Origin: an uncultured Gemmatimonadales bacterium
GTDB lineage: Bacteria > Gemmatimonadota > Gemmatimonadetes > Gemmatimonadales > Gemmatimonadaceae
Length of the DNA stretch: 64,000 bases
Direction: 5' to 3'
NCBI GenBank assembly: GCA_963701965.1
Contig: OY969695.1
Location: 3,136,001 to 3,200,000, forward strand
In this document: positions 49,408 through 59,806 of the stretch, piece after piece
Position numbering within the stretch: position 1 is the stretch's first letter
Layout of the letters: every line of letters begins with the position of its first letter
The notes under the pieces: generated by a model
Database searches by the model: none
What the model was told of the DNA's origin: nothing
Seen by the model: only the letters and a program-made list of their open reading frames with translations
Made by a program: the position numbers and the translations under genes

Positions 49408-50868
49408 TTATGGGCAGGTCTTGGTGAACGAGCCGCCGCGCGCCGCGGTTTCAGCGAACGGGATCGGCTTGTTCGTGGTGAAAAGGTCCTTCTGCGTCGT
49501 GCCAACCCATGTCTTGTCCTGCTCGGCGGCCACGCCGTACATCCGGATCGCGATCATGCGGTCCCCGCTGGCCTCGAACGCCGTCGAGATCTGCTGCTCG
49601 TGGAGCAGCGCGTCCCGGGTCGCGGTGTACGTGTTCCCGATTCTGGCCGTGGGAAGGCCGCCGACTGTCGTGCGCACATCGTTGATGAGCGTGGCCGCGT
49701 TGGTGAGGTTCCCGAGCCCGATCTGAATCTCCGCGCGAACGAGGACGAGCTCCTCGTTGCGCACGATCGGGATGAACGAGCCAGGCGTCGGGTAGTACGC
49801 GTACACGTACGGCGAGGCGGCCGACGCATACGTCGGCTGCTGTATCGGGTGCGGGTTGACCGCGAACTTCGTCTTCCAGCGTAGATCATTGATCGTGTCC
49901 TGGCTCGACGGAATCGCGTTGAGGACGATGAACGTGCCACCGTTCGCGTTGATCGGATTGACCTGATCGCCCGACGTCGCGCTGAAATTGTGCGATACGG
50001 TGAAGTTGTCGTTGGTGAATCCGCCGGACGGGGTCGGTGCAAGCGCCCCAGGGTTGTACAGCGCCGACGCGGCAATCGCACTGTCGGCCCGTAGGAGCGC
50101 CGCCTGGTCGGGCGACCCGGGCGACGATGCCGTCGGCGGGTTGCCACCAGGGCCCCGCGCGATCGCGTACGCCAGCTCGAGGCCCGCCTTGCCGGCCAAC
50201 GCGCGGTTGAACGCGGAGAAACTCGTGCTGGTGGCGCTGACCGCCTTGAACCCCGACGGCAGGTTGACCGGGAGCGGAGTCGACCCCGCTGTCACAAGCT
50301 GCGCGTTGGCCGAGTCGAGCAGCGCGACGATGTACTTCCACCCGTCGCGGACGCAGAGACCAGGCGGCGGGCCCGCCGGCGTTTGCGGCATGATCGCGAT
50401 ACCGGCCGTGTCATGATCCTCGGCGATCATCATGTAGTTCAGCGCCTCGATTGTCTGGACGACGCCGACGATCGCCGCGTCCTGCGCCGGCGAAAAGGCC
50501 GGGACCACGCTGGGCAATGTCGCAATGATCTGATGCGCCTGCAGGATGTCGGTGTAGAACTCGGCCCAGGCGACATTGAGGCTCCACGCCGGATCGATGG
50601 GCTGCAGGCCCAGCTCGTACAGAATGAACCGGGGCTCGGTATTCGTGTAGTTGGCGCCGTCGCGGGCGAATCCCGTCGCGTCGACGAGATACCCGAGGAG
50701 ATCGTTGCCGCGCATCTCGCCGACGAGACCCGTCATCGCGTTCTGAACACCGGGAGGTGAATTCGGAATCGACGTCGGCGCGGCGTAGAACGGGATGTCG
50801 GTATCCTTGCATGCGGCCGGTGCGATCAGCGTGATCGCGGCGACGGCCAGTGTGAGTGAGCGTCTCAT
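49408..50868 (-). CDS. RagB/SusD-family outer-membrane lipoprotein
   Basis: Lipobox PAAC, IVRNEELVLVRAE, INDVR, FEASGDR..IR, PIP.AE. Lies 2 bp after the SusC stop. Confidence 0.88.
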   Translation of the reverse strand: MRRSLTLAVAAITLIAPAACKDTDIPFYAAPTSIPNSPPGVQNAMTGLVGEMRGNDLLGYLVDATGFARDGANYTNTEPRFILYELGLQPIDPAWSLNVAWAEFYTDILQAHQIIATLPSVVPAFSPAQDAAIVGVVQTIEALNYMMIAEDHDTAGIAIMPQTPAGPPPGLCVRDGWKYIVALLDSANAQLVTAGSTPLPVNLPSGFKAVSATSTSFSAFNRALAGKAGLELAYAIARGPGGNPPTASSPGSPDQAALLRADSAIAASALYNPGALAPTPSGGFTNDNFTVSHNFSATSGDQVNPINANGGTFIVLNAIPSSQDTINDLRWKTKFAVNPHPIQQPTYASAASPYVYAYYPTPGSFIPIVRNEELVLVRAEIQIGLGNLTNAATLINDVRTTVGGLPTARIGNTYTATRDALLHEQQISTAFEASGDRMIAIRMYGVAAEQDKTWVGTTQKDLFTTNKPIPFAETAARGGSFTKTCP

Positions 50869-50870
50869 GG

Positions 50871-53800
50871 TCAGAATCCCAGGTCGAGGCCGAAGAAATA
50901 GCTGCGGGCCGGCGGGTAGCCGGTCACCTCTTGGCCGCGGGTGATTTGTTGATTCCCGTTGGCGCTGATCTCGGGGTCGAGACCGTCGTACTTGTACCAG
51001 TTGAAGACGTTATAGGCGGTGAACGACAGCTTGGCGCTCGTGATCCGCCCACGCGTGAACGCGAACACCCGGTTGGGGAGCGTGTAGCTGGCGGATAGCT
51101 GGCGCACCTTCACGAACGACGCGTCTTCGACGTAGATCGTCGGGTTCTTGTTGGACTGCGCGAACCGCTGCGCGCCCTTCGCCGAATCGCCCAGCAGGGT
51201 CAGACCGGCGCCATCGAAGTACAGGTCGGTGAGGTTGATCGCGCTCCCGCCGCGGCTCCAGTCGACGAGCCCATACAGCCGCACGGGTCCGAAGGTGATC
51301 TCATTGCCGAAGTCCATGCGATACGCTGGCTGGACGTCGCCGACTTGTTGCGGCAAGCCATTCGGCAGGATGGCCGAGGCATTCACGAGCTCGGAGACCG
51401 ACCGGCCGACGGCGAGAAATCCTTCGCCAAACCCGAACGTATTCCCGATCGGTCCGGGCGTGGTCGGCAGGGCATCGACGCGGCTGTAGTTCCGGTAGAA
51501 CGTGTTCGTCGAGACCCACGAGATCCCACCCAATTGTCGCATTTGCACTGGGGTCATGGTCAACGACAGCTCGATGCCCTGGTTCGTGAACTGGCCGCCG
51601 TTGAACCACTCGTTCTGATGTCCCTCGGTCGGCGGCACGCTGGCCTGGAGCAACAAGTCGGACAGGCGCTTCTGGTAGACGGTCGCCGAGAATTGGGCCC
51701 GCGAGTTGAACATCGTGAGATCGAATCCGGTCTCGATCTCGGTCTCGGCTTCCGGCCGGATGCCCGCGTCACCGAGGAGCGAGCTGACCCCGATGCCGTT
51801 CAATTCATTGTCCTGGGTGGGAACGAACGGCGTGTACTTCGCGCCATAAATCGGCAGGTTGCCCGATTGCCCGTAGGCCACGCGGAACTTGAGATCGTTG
51901 ATGGCCTTCGCGAACTCCGGTACGCGGTACGACGCCGAGAAGCGCGGGTAGTAGTAGAACTGGTCGATGACCCCGTCGGCGGTCGACCGCTCGCCGGTGA
52001 TACCACCGGTCAAGGCCAGGCGCGAGTCGAGCAGCAGCAGTTGCTCTTGCCCGTACCAGGACTGGTCGAGCTGCGCCGTCCGGAACAGGAAGTTGGTCTG
52101 TACGGTGCCGACGATCGGCGAGTTGACCCCGGCCAAGAGGTTTTGGCCGACCGTGACGGGCTCGGTCGTCGACCGGCGGTCGCGCGTGTACCCGATCGAC
52201 GTCGTCGCGTCGAGCCAGGAGAGCCCGGTGAAGTGGTGGCTCAGGTTGAACGAGTAGTTATAGTAGGTCGTCGTCGCCGTGTTGGACACCGACGCCCCCG
52301 GCAGCCCGCTGGGCTCGAGCTGCTCGACCTGGAGCGTTGGCGGGGCGTACAGCAGGTCGTTCAAGCTCGTGAGGTCGGCGCCGCCGATGACGGTGAGCTT
52401 GAGGTTCTGGTGCTCCTGCTGGAACACCGTCCAGTCGATCGTGCCGCCGCCGAGGAAGCGGCTGACGTTCTCCGGCGTCGCGATGAGCAGGGCATCGGCG
52501 AACGGGTTGGCGTTGCCAAACGGATTGGTCGGCCAGGCGCTGTTGGAGAGCGCATCCAGCCGCACGAACTGCGGGGTGGTGGAGAACACGTTGTACGGGC
52601 TGATCCCGATATTATCGTTGCCCGTGATGCCACGCCGCGTGAGGTCGTGCACGTAGCTCAGGTTGGCCGAGACCCGGATACTCGACGAGAGATCCTGGGA
52701 CACGTTGGAACGGATCGACTGTTTGTTGTAGCCGGTGTTGTTCTCGATGCCGTTGTCGTACTTGGTCGTCCCCGATAGGAAGTACTGCGTTTGCCCTTGC
52801 GTGCCGGACACGCTCACATCGGCTTCGTACGACGCCTGGTTGTTGCCGAACAACTGGCTCTGGAAGTCTTGCGGGCCGGCGAAGACCGACTTGATGAACG
52901 CGTTCGCGTCTGCCTGGGTCGCGTAGGTTTTCTTCGCCGCCGCATCGTCGTTCCAGTACCAATCCTGGGCGCTTTGCAGGGTCGGGAACGTCCGGAGCGG
53001 CAGCGTCCTGGCATCCTCGAAGTGACCCAGGCGCGTCGTGGCGCTCCATTGCGCCTTGCCCTCTTTGCCGTGTTTCGTCGTAATGATCACGACGCCCGCG
53101 GACGCCTTGGACCCGTAGATCGCGGACGCCGAGGCACCCTTGAGCACCTCGATCGACTCGATGTCGGATGGGTTGATGTCCGCGATGCGGTTGACGCCGC
53201 TGTCCTCGAAGCTCGGAGCGTTCGGGGTGAACACGCCCTCCGAGTTCGCGCCGCGACCAGAGCCGTTGATCGCGTTCATGTCGTTGTTGATCGTCTCGTT
53301 GTTGACGATGATGCCATCGACGACGTACAGCGGCTCGGCGTTGGCGTTGATCGACGTGATGCCGCGGATCTGCACTTGAAGGCCGCCGCCGGGCGCGCCG
53401 CCGTTGTTCGACTGAATGATCGCGCCGGTGACTTTGCCTTGGATCGCGTTCTCGATCGTCGGCGCCGGAACCTCGTTGACCTGGGCCGACGTCACGACGG
53501 CAACGGCATTCGCGGCATTGCGCGACGACACCGTGGTTGCGACGCCGGTGATCACCTGTTGTTCGAGCTTGAGGACGTCCCGCTCCAACACCACCTGGAC
53601 GTCCGTCTGACCGGCATTCAACGGCACGGTCATCTGTCGATAGCCAATGCGCCGCACCGTGACACTCTTGGCATCGGCGGGGAGCCGGAGCGCGAATGCT
53701 CCGCTGTCGTTCGTCAATGCACCGATCGTCGTACCGGTGACCGTCACTTGCGCGGCGGGAATCGCCATCGCGTTGGCCGCGTCGGTCACGTGTCCCGTCA

Positions 53801-53885
53801 GTCGCGTGCCGGGTTGCTGCGCCCCGACCGCGCTCGCAATGAACAGTCCGAGCCATCCCACTGATCGCACACCAATTCGTTTCAT
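50871..53885 (-). CDS. SusC/RagA-family TonB-dependent receptor
   Basis: GGAPGGG..IRG, PLYVVDG, DINPSDIESIEVLKGASASAIYGSKASAGVVIITTK, KFRVAYGQSGN, C-terminal Phe. Confidence 0.95.
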   Translation of the reverse strand: MKRIGVRSVGWLGLFIASAVGAQQPGTRLTGHVTDAANAMAIPAAQVTVTGTTIGALTNDSGAFALRLPADAKSVTVRRIGYRQMTVPLNAGQTDVQVVLERDVLKLEQQVITGVATTVSSRNAANAVAVVTSAQVNEVPAPTIENAIQGKVTGAIIQSNNGGAPGGGLQVQIRGITSINANAEPLYVVDGIIVNNETINNDMNAINGSGRGANSEGVFTPNAPSFEDSGVNRIADINPSDIESIEVLKGASASAIYGSKASAGVVIITTKHGKEGKAQWSATTRLGHFEDARTLPLRTFPTLQSAQDWYWNDDAAAKKTYATQADANAFIKSVFAGPQDFQSQLFGNNQASYEADVSVSGTQGQTQYFLSGTTKYDNGIENNTGYNKQSIRSNVSQDLSSSIRVSANLSYVHDLTRRGITGNDNIGISPYNVFSTTPQFVRLDALSNSAWPTNPFGNANPFADALLIATPENVSRFLGGGTIDWTVFQQEHQNLKLTVIGGADLTSLNDLLYAPPTLQVEQLEPSGLPGASVSNTATTTYYNYSFNLSHHFTGLSWLDATTSIGYTRDRRSTTEPVTVGQNLLAGVNSPIVGTVQTNFLFRTAQLDQSWYGQEQLLLLDSRLALTGGITGERSTADGVIDQFYYYPRFSASYRVPEFAKAINDLKFRVAYGQSGNLPIYGAKYTPFVPTQDNELNGIGVSSLLGDAGIRPEAETEIETGFDLTMFNSRAQFSATVYQKRLSDLLLQASVPPTEGHQNEWFNGGQFTNQGIELSLTMTPVQMRQLGGISWVSTNTFYRNYSRVDALPTTPGPIGNTFGFGEGFLAVGRSVSELVNASAILPNGLPQQVGDVQPAYRMDFGNEITFGPVRLYGLVDWSRGGSAINLTDLYFDGAGLTLLGDSAKGAQRFAQSNKNPTIYVEDASFVKVRQLSASYTLPNRVFAFTRGRITSAKLSFTAYNVFNWYKYDGLDPEISANGNQQITRGQEVTGYPPARSYFFGLDLGF

Positions 53886-53943
53886 GCCTCTTCCCTCGTG
53901 AGATGAGTGTTGCGCGGGAAAAGGTGCCCAGGCCCAACATCGT

Positions 53944-53991
53944 GGTCCAATGAAGTTTTGTCGTGATCTATCACGTCGCGTGATCGATGAA
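53944..53991 (-). promoter_or_regulatory. LysR operator/-35 upstream of susC
   Basis: 40/48 identical to 59807-59854. Contains the T-N11-A dyad ATCACG-N3-CGTGAT and minus-strand TTGGAC. Confidence 0.8.
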
Positions 53992-54112
53992 CATCGCGCC
54001 GTCGGACCGCGTAATCGTTGTGGCGAAAGGCTTTGGTCTGACTCACATTGCACGAGCACTGCGTACGCAGTCGTAGTAACTATTCGGTCAAGGACACCAT
54101 CCGGAGGTCATC

Positions 54113-55429
54113 GTGACTCGGTACGGCTCGCTGTTGTTGGGGTGTGTGTTGCCAATGTGTGCCGCTGGCCAATCACATTCTGATCCGGTCGTGATGATCG
54201 CGATCAATGGTCTTCGACCCGGCGATCTGACGAGCGACGCGACCAAGGATTGGCACGTGCCCGTGTTGCGCGGATTGATACGCAATGGCGCGGCAGCCTC
54301 GGGTGTGCGCGGCGTGTTGCCCACGCTCACGCTGCCCAGCATGATGACGCTTGTTACCGGAACCTCGCCAGGTCATCACGGAGTCGTGAACAACGTCCAG
54401 TGTGGCGAGGAGGCGCGCGCCAATGGCGGATACTACTGGTACGCGCGCAATGTGAAGGTCGAGACCCTCTGGGAAGCGGCGCGCCGCAAAGGGCTCAAGA
54501 CGGCAAACGTTGGATGGACGTCCACCGTCGGCGCGTCGGTCGACCGCAATCTGGCGGAGGTGTGGCCCGCGACGTCCGGATCGCAGTATGCCCTGCAAGA
54601 CTCGTCGTCGACCCCGGGACTCTTAGCCCAGCTCGATCCGCGCGCGGCCAATGCCGCCGGCTCGTACCTCATGGACGATGACCGGCGCACGGTCTACGCC
54701 GAGACGCTCATGGCATCGTATCGACCCGATCTTCTCACGGTGTTCTACGAGAATGTGGACAACATGGAACACAAGACCGGCCTCGATACACCTGAGGATC
54801 GTCACGCGCTCGAGCACATCGACAGCTTGGTCGGCCGGTTGGTCTCAGCGGCGAGACGCCAACACCCCGGCGTGACGATCGTGGTGGTCTCGGATCATGG
54901 GTTCGCGTCGGCGTCCACGGACATCAATCTCATCCCGGCTTTCGCCAATGCCGGCCTGCTGTCGCTGGACCAGGGCGCGGTGAAGAGTTGGACCGCGCGG
55001 CCGTGTGGCGCCGGAGGCTCGGCCTACGTGGTGCTCGCGGACTCCACGAATGCGACGGTCAAATCTCGTGTGGCGGCGCTGCTCGAGCGGCTCCGGACCG
55101 ATCAGGCCAACGGGATCGACCGGGTCTTGGGTCGCGCAGCCATCCAGGATGTCGGAGGCTGGAAGCAAGCCGACTTCATGGTCCTGTTCCGACCCGGCTA
55201 CGTGGCGGCGCGGTCTGCCGCAGCGCCCTTGCGCGCGACGAGCCAGTATCGTGGAATGCACGGATACTGGCCCGCCGATCCTGGCATGTATGCCACCTTC
55301 ATCATCGCCGGGAGCAACGTGCCGCTCAAAGGCGATCTCGGCGTCGTCGATATGCGAAACATCGGACCGACGGTCGCCGCGCTCCTCGGCACCCGGCTTA
55401 CATCGGCGACGGGGAAGTCCTTGTTTTGA
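54113..55429 (+). CDS. Exported nucleotide pyrophosphatase/phosphodiesterase (alkaline phosphatase superfamily)
   Basis: PTLTLPS..TLVTG, DNMEH, VSDHGF, MHGY. First metal ligand position reads INGLR. Confidence 0.88.
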   Translation: MTRYGSLLLGCVLPMCAAGQSHSDPVVMIAINGLRPGDLTSDATKDWHVPVLRGLIRNGAAASGVRGVLPTLTLPSMMTLVTGTSPGHHGVVNNVQCGEEARANGGYYWYARNVKVETLWEAARRKGLKTANVGWTSTVGASVDRNLAEVWPATSGSQYALQDSSSTPGLLAQLDPRAANAAGSYLMDDDRRTVYAETLMASYRPDLLTVFYENVDNMEHKTGLDTPEDRHALEHIDSLVGRLVSAARRQHPGVTIVVVSDHGFASASTDINLIPAFANAGLLSLDQGAVKSWTARPCGAGGSAYVVLADSTNATVKSRVAALLERLRTDQANGIDRVLGRAAIQDVGGWKQADFMVLFRPGYVAARSAAAPLRATSQYRGMHGYWPADPGMYATFIIAGSNVPLKGDLGVVDMRNIGPTVAALLGTRLTSATGKSLF

Positions 55430-56525
55430 TGAGCCCGCGGCTGGCCAGCAACCGCCACAGCCCGAAGGTCATGAGCGGAATGATGTAGATCAGGATGAAA
55501 TCGTAGGCGAAATAGCGATAGCCTTTAGCGATCAGCTCGACCAGGCCGAATTTGGTGGCCACAAAAATCGCGAGTACCAGCATCGCCAGGGCAATCCCCA
55601 CCCTGATCTGCTTGCTGAGACCGGAGTAGAGTGACGCCACGCGTTCGTTCACGGCGTGCACGGTACCGGTGCCGCTCTCTAGCAGTGCGCAGAAGACCAT
55701 GAGCTGGAACGCGTAGTGAAAGACCGGGATGTTGAACCGTTGGAGCATGAAGTCGGTCGGCAGGGGCGACGAGCCAATCTGCGGGTAGAACGCCAGCATC
55801 GAGAGGTAGTACAAAATGCCGGGGAGCATCGACACCGGGCCGCAGAACGCGCCGGCGATGAGCGCGTCTTTGGCGCTCGTGAGATGCCGGGCGACTGGCA
55901 GGATGATGATCGCGCAGAGCAACTGGTAACCAGCGTAGGTGATGCCGTTTGACACCCAACCGGTGGCCGGCACGTGGAGCGCGAAGCTGGCGGCAATGGA
56001 GTGGCCGAATTTCGTGAGGGCCAGCGTGATGAAGATGATATAGACGGTGTAGATGAGAATCGTCACGTAGCCGAAGAGCCGTTCCACCGCCACGTTCCCG
56101 AACGCGACGATCGCCGCAATAATCACAATGAGGAGGCTGGTGCCGATGACCACTGGCCATCCGAAGAGCGCCGCACCGATTTCGCCGGCCGCGGCACCGT
56201 AGACGGACAGCACGATGATGATGAACACCAAGTAGGAGACGTCGAAGATCACCCATCCCGGGCCGAGCAAGTTCCGGAAGAACGTACGATAGTCGAAGCT
56301 CTTCGTGGCCCAGGCAAAGAGAAAGGTGACGGCACAGACGACGCTGAAGAGCGTCGCCGCGAGTCCCATCCCCAGGAGTCCACCCACCGGACCCGATGGA
56401 ATGAAGAACTCCGCGAACTCCCGGCCTGTCGCATAGCCGCCGCCGATGATGACGGCCTTGAAGGCAAGGCTCGGAAGAACCAAGCGTTGGAACGACGTCG
56501 CTTTAGTGCTGTTCGTATTGGACAC
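55398..56525 (-). CDS. YkvI-family membrane transporter-like protein
   Basis: IIGGGYATGRE..EFF, about 10 TM helices, GLVELIAKGY. Confidence 0.85.
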   Translation of the reverse strand: MSNTNSTKATSFQRLVLPSLAFKAVIIGGGYATGREFAEFFIPSGPVGGLLGMGLAATLFSVVCAVTFLFAWATKSFDYRTFFRNLLGPGWVIFDVSYLVFIIIVLSVYGAAAGEIGAALFGWPVVIGTSLLIVIIAAIVAFGNVAVERLFGYVTILIYTVYIIFITLALTKFGHSIAASFALHVPATGWVSNGITYAGYQLLCAIIILPVARHLTSAKDALIAGAFCGPVSMLPGILYYLSMLAFYPQIGSSPLPTDFMLQRFNIPVFHYAFQLMVFCALLESGTGTVHAVNERVASLYSGLSKQIRVGIALAMLVLAIFVATKFGLVELIAKGYRYFAYDFILIYIIPLMTFGLWRLLASRGLIKTRTSPSPM

Positions 56526-57819
56526 GGCATCGCTCCCAGAGAGACTGAACGCTCATGCGAAGGTCGAGCAGTGGCGGCGGCAGCAATCGCGCCGGAGTAC
56601 CGAGCCCCTCAATGTCGGCGATGAGGGGATTGTCGCGACCGGTGGCCAAGTCGGCCGCCAAGAGCCCCGCGATCGTGCCCTTGGTGATGCCGACGCCATT
56701 CTGACACACCGCTAGATACACATGGGGCGCGCTTCGGCCAAAGGCCTGGGCGCGATTGCTCGACATGGCATCGTAGCCCACCCAGGTGTACTGGATCGTG
56801 CCAGACGGCAGCATCGGAAAGCGCGCGGCGAGACGTGCCGCGTGTCGGCGGCGGACGTCGCCCACGTCGACGTGCGCCGGCGCGAAGTTGGACGTGAACT
56901 GCACCGTCTGGCGGAGAAACAATCGGCGATCCTGCGTCAACCGCATCGCGGTGCCGCCGTTGACATGTACCGGCGTCAATCCCCAATCGCGATCCGTGCC
57001 CATCTGCTGGAGCTCACCGTCGGTCAAGGGCCGGGTGAGACTGGCGTAGATGGCATAGTTGAGCAGCTGGTCACGGCAAAAGCCGAACTCCCGCACAAAC
57101 CCATTCGTCGCCAGAATGACGGCGTCCGCCGTCAGCGATCCGTGCGGCGTGGTGAGGCGAATGCCGTTCTGGTGCTCGAACTCGATGACCGGGGAGTTCT
57201 CGTAGAGCACAACATTCGCCGGGAGCGTGTCGGCCAGCCCTCTCACCAGCGCCGCGGGATCCACCAGGACGCATCCCGGCAGATGCAGCGCCGCCGCGAA
57301 ATAGGTCGTCCCAATGCGATCGGCGAGCTCGCTCCGGTTGAGCCACGTACAGGGCTCACCGAGTATCTGGAGCTCGTCGGCGCCGGGCTCGAGGGAGCGC
57401 GCTTTGCCCTTGTCGGTGATCGCCGCGTGATACTTGCCGCGCCGGCTCCAATGGCAAGCGATCCCGTGATGCCGGATGATGCCTTCGAGAGACGAAAGCG
57501 CGGCGCGATTCAGCCGGACGTGCCGCTGCAGCGTGGCCAGGTCCGACGTGCCAATGTTGTAGGGCACGTCCTGGGCGATGCCGGAATTCCGGCCGGATGT
57601 GCCCGCCGCGACCTCCAACGCTTCGACGACCGCGATGCGGTCCTGCGGCCGGTTCTCGGCGAGACGCCGCGCCGCCGCCAACCCCGCAAAACCGGCCCCG
57701 ATCACCACGAACTCCGCGTGATGGGACCCCGCGAGGGCGGGGGTCGCGCGACGCGGCGGCAGAATCATGGTCCAGCCGTTGGGGCTATCGTTGCGCGGCA
57801 GCGTCGTGATGCGCGGCAT
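56503..57819 (-). CDS. FAD-dependent oxidoreductase, DAO/DadA/PuuB-like
   Basis: VIGAGFAG, GTSGRNSG, VILATNG, CQNGVGITKGT. Confidence 0.88.
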   Translation of the reverse strand: MPRITTLPRNDSPNGWTMILPPRRATPALAGSHHAEFVVIGAGFAGLAAARRLAENRPQDRIAVVEALEVAAGTSGRNSGIAQDVPYNIGTSDLATLQRHVRLNRAALSSLEGIIRHHGIACHWSRRGKYHAAITDKGKARSLEPGADELQILGEPCTWLNRSELADRIGTTYFAAALHLPGCVLVDPAALVRGLADTLPANVVLYENSPVIEFEHQNGIRLTTPHGSLTADAVILATNGFVREFGFCRDQLLNYAIYASLTRPLTDGELQQMGTDRDWGLTPVHVNGGTAMRLTQDRRLFLRQTVQFTSNFAPAHVDVGDVRRRHAARLAARFPMLPSGTIQYTWVGYDAMSSNRAQAFGRSAPHVYLAVCQNGVGITKGTIAGLLAADLATGRDNPLIADIEGLGTPARLLPPPLLDLRMSVQSLWERCRVQYEQH

Positions 57820-58808
57820 CAGGGACCCGGTGCGTGTGCCAGGAGACCCGTCACCGCTTCAATGATCGCCTCGGTCGTGGGCACGACTCGCTCTTCCATC
57901 CGTGGGCTCATGGGGATCGGCACTTCCAACGCGCCCAGTCGCTTGATGGGCGCTTGAAGGGAGGAGAAAGCGATATCGGCCAGGCTCGCGGCGATCTCGC
58001 CCCCAATGCCGCCGATGGTATTGGCCTCGTGCACGATGAGCACCCGCCCGGTCTTGCGGACCAATGCCGCGATCGTGTCCATATCGAGTGGCCGCAACGT
58101 CCGAGGATCGACGACTTCGACGGAGATGCCATCGGCCGAGAGCACGCCTGCGGCGACGAGGGCCCGCTGCACCATCGCGCCGATCGCGACGACCGTGACA
58201 TCGTCGCCCTCACGCTTCACCTCGGCGGAGCCCAGCGGAATCGTATAGTCGGTCGTGGGAACGGGTCCCCGCACGCCATACAGCCGCTTCGGCTCGAAGA
58301 AGACGACCGGGTTGTTGTCCCGAATGGACGACTTGAGCAGGCCTTTGACGTCGTAGGGGGTCGATGGCATCACGACTTTGAGCCCGGGCACATGGGCGAA
58401 CATCGCCTCATTGCTCAGCGACATCAGCGGGCCGCCACTCGGCCGGAAACCGGACGACACGCGGAAGACCATTGGGGCGCTGGCGCGACCGTCATAGAGG
58501 TAGGCCATCTTCGCGGCCGACGTGACCACGTGGTCCATGGCCGTGAGCATGACGTCGGCGAGTCCCATCTCCAGCACCGGACGAAATCCCCGGACCGCGG
58601 CGATGACGGAGGCGCCAACGAATCCGGGCTCGGAGATCGGCGTTTCGATCACGCGATCCGGACCGAACGCCTCCATGAGGCCGAACGTGGCGCCGACGAG
58701 CCCACCAAACACGCCCACATCCTCTCCCATCAAATACACAGTCTGGTCTCGGCGCATCTCCTCGGCCAACGCCTCGGTGATGGCTTCGCGATACGAGATC
58801 TCACGCAT
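57819..58808 (-). CDS. 2-oxoacid/acetoin dehydrogenase E1 beta subunit
   Basis: GEDVG..GG, ETPISE, PGLKVVMPSTPYD, EVVDPRTLRPLD. Confidence 0.92.
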   Translation of the reverse strand: MREISYREAITEALAEEMRRDQTVYLMGEDVGVFGGLVGATFGLMEAFGPDRVIETPISEPGFVGASVIAAVRGFRPVLEMGLADVMLTAMDHVVTSAAKMAYLYDGRASAPMVFRVSSGFRPSGGPLMSLSNEAMFAHVPGLKVVMPSTPYDVKGLLKSSIRDNNPVVFFEPKRLYGVRGPVPTTDYTIPLGSAEVKREGDDVTVVAIGAMVQRALVAAGVLSADGISVEVVDPRTLRPLDMDTIAALVRKTGRVLIVHEANTIGGIGGEIAASLADIAFSSLQAPIKRLGALEVPIPMSPRMEERVVPTTEAIIEAVTGLLAHAPGP

Positions 58809-58817
58809 TGCGTCGTC

Positions 58818-59777
58818 CTAGCGGTAAACGTGAGTCAAACCAACCTCCGGGGCGTCCAACGGCGATCCCTCCGCGAACCCGATACAATCCCTGACGGTGG
58901 CGAGCGCCGCATCGTCGATCGCCTGCAACGTGTGCGCATCGGCCAACCCGAGCGTGGTGAGCCGGTTGCCGAGACGGGTGATGGGGCAGCGCGCCTTCCA
59001 GTGCGCCAGTTCTTCATCGGAGCGCGAGGATTCATTCGGCGCCAGCGTCGAGTGCGCGGTCCAGCGATACGTCTGACACTCGATCAGGCTTGGGCCCTGC
59101 CGGCTACGCGCCCGGGCAATGGCGCGGTCCATGACCTCACCGATGGCTTCGACATCGTTCCCGTCGACCAGTTCGCCTGGAATGCCGTACGCCGCCGCCC
59201 GCCGCCACACCGACCCGCCGGCCGTCGTCTTCTCGATCGGTGAGGACTTCGCGTAGAAGTTGTTCTCACAGACGAAGATGACGGGAAGCTTCCAGATCGC
59301 GGCCAGGTTCAGCCCCTCGTGAAAGTCGCCGCGGTTCGCCGCGCCCTCGCCGAATATCGCGACCGTCACTTCGTCGGTTCGGCGAAGTTTCGAGGCGAGC
59401 GCCGAGCCCGCTCCGAATGGAATGATTGCCCCCACGATCGACGTGGTGCTCAGCACGCCCTTTGCCAGGTCACCGACGTGAAAGATCGGCATGCGTCCGC
59501 GGGTGGGACTATCGGCCGTTCCATAGAGTCCCGCCATGATCTGGCGCGGCGTGAAGCCCCGGACGAGCAACGTGCCGACGCCGCGATAATGTGGAAACAC
59601 GAAATCGGAGGGGCGCAGCTTGTAACTTGCGGCCACGCCAACGGCTTCTTGGCCTATTCCCGCATGGAAGTTGTCGAACTTCCCGGACTCGGACAGCGTG
59701 ATCGCGGCCTCCTGGAAGCGCCGCGCCAGCACCATGACCTCGAAGATCTCGAGTAACTGCTCGTCGGTGTACACCAT
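58818..59777 (-). CDS. ThDP-dependent dehydrogenase E1 alpha subunit
   Basis: GQEAV, HYRG, FGEGAANRGDFHEGLN...CENN ThDP motif, TYRWTAHS. Confidence 0.92.
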   Translation of the reverse strand: MVYTDEQLLEIFEVMVLARRFQEAAITLSESGKFDNFHAGIGQEAVGVAASYKLRPSDFVFPHYRGVGTLLVRGFTPRQIMAGLYGTADSPTRGRMPIFHVGDLAKGVLSTTSIVGAIIPFGAGSALASKLRRTDEVTVAIFGEGAANRGDFHEGLNLAAIWKLPVIFVCENNFYAKSSPIEKTTAGGSVWRRAAAYGIPGELVDGNDVEAIGEVMDRAIARARSRQGPSLIECQTYRWTAHSTLAPNESSRSDEELAHWKARCPITRLGNRLTTLGLADAHTLQAIDDAALATVRDCIGFAEGSPLDAPEVGLTHVYR

Positions 59778-59806
59778 GCAACAAATGTGGCCGTGGTCTT
59801 GAGTCG

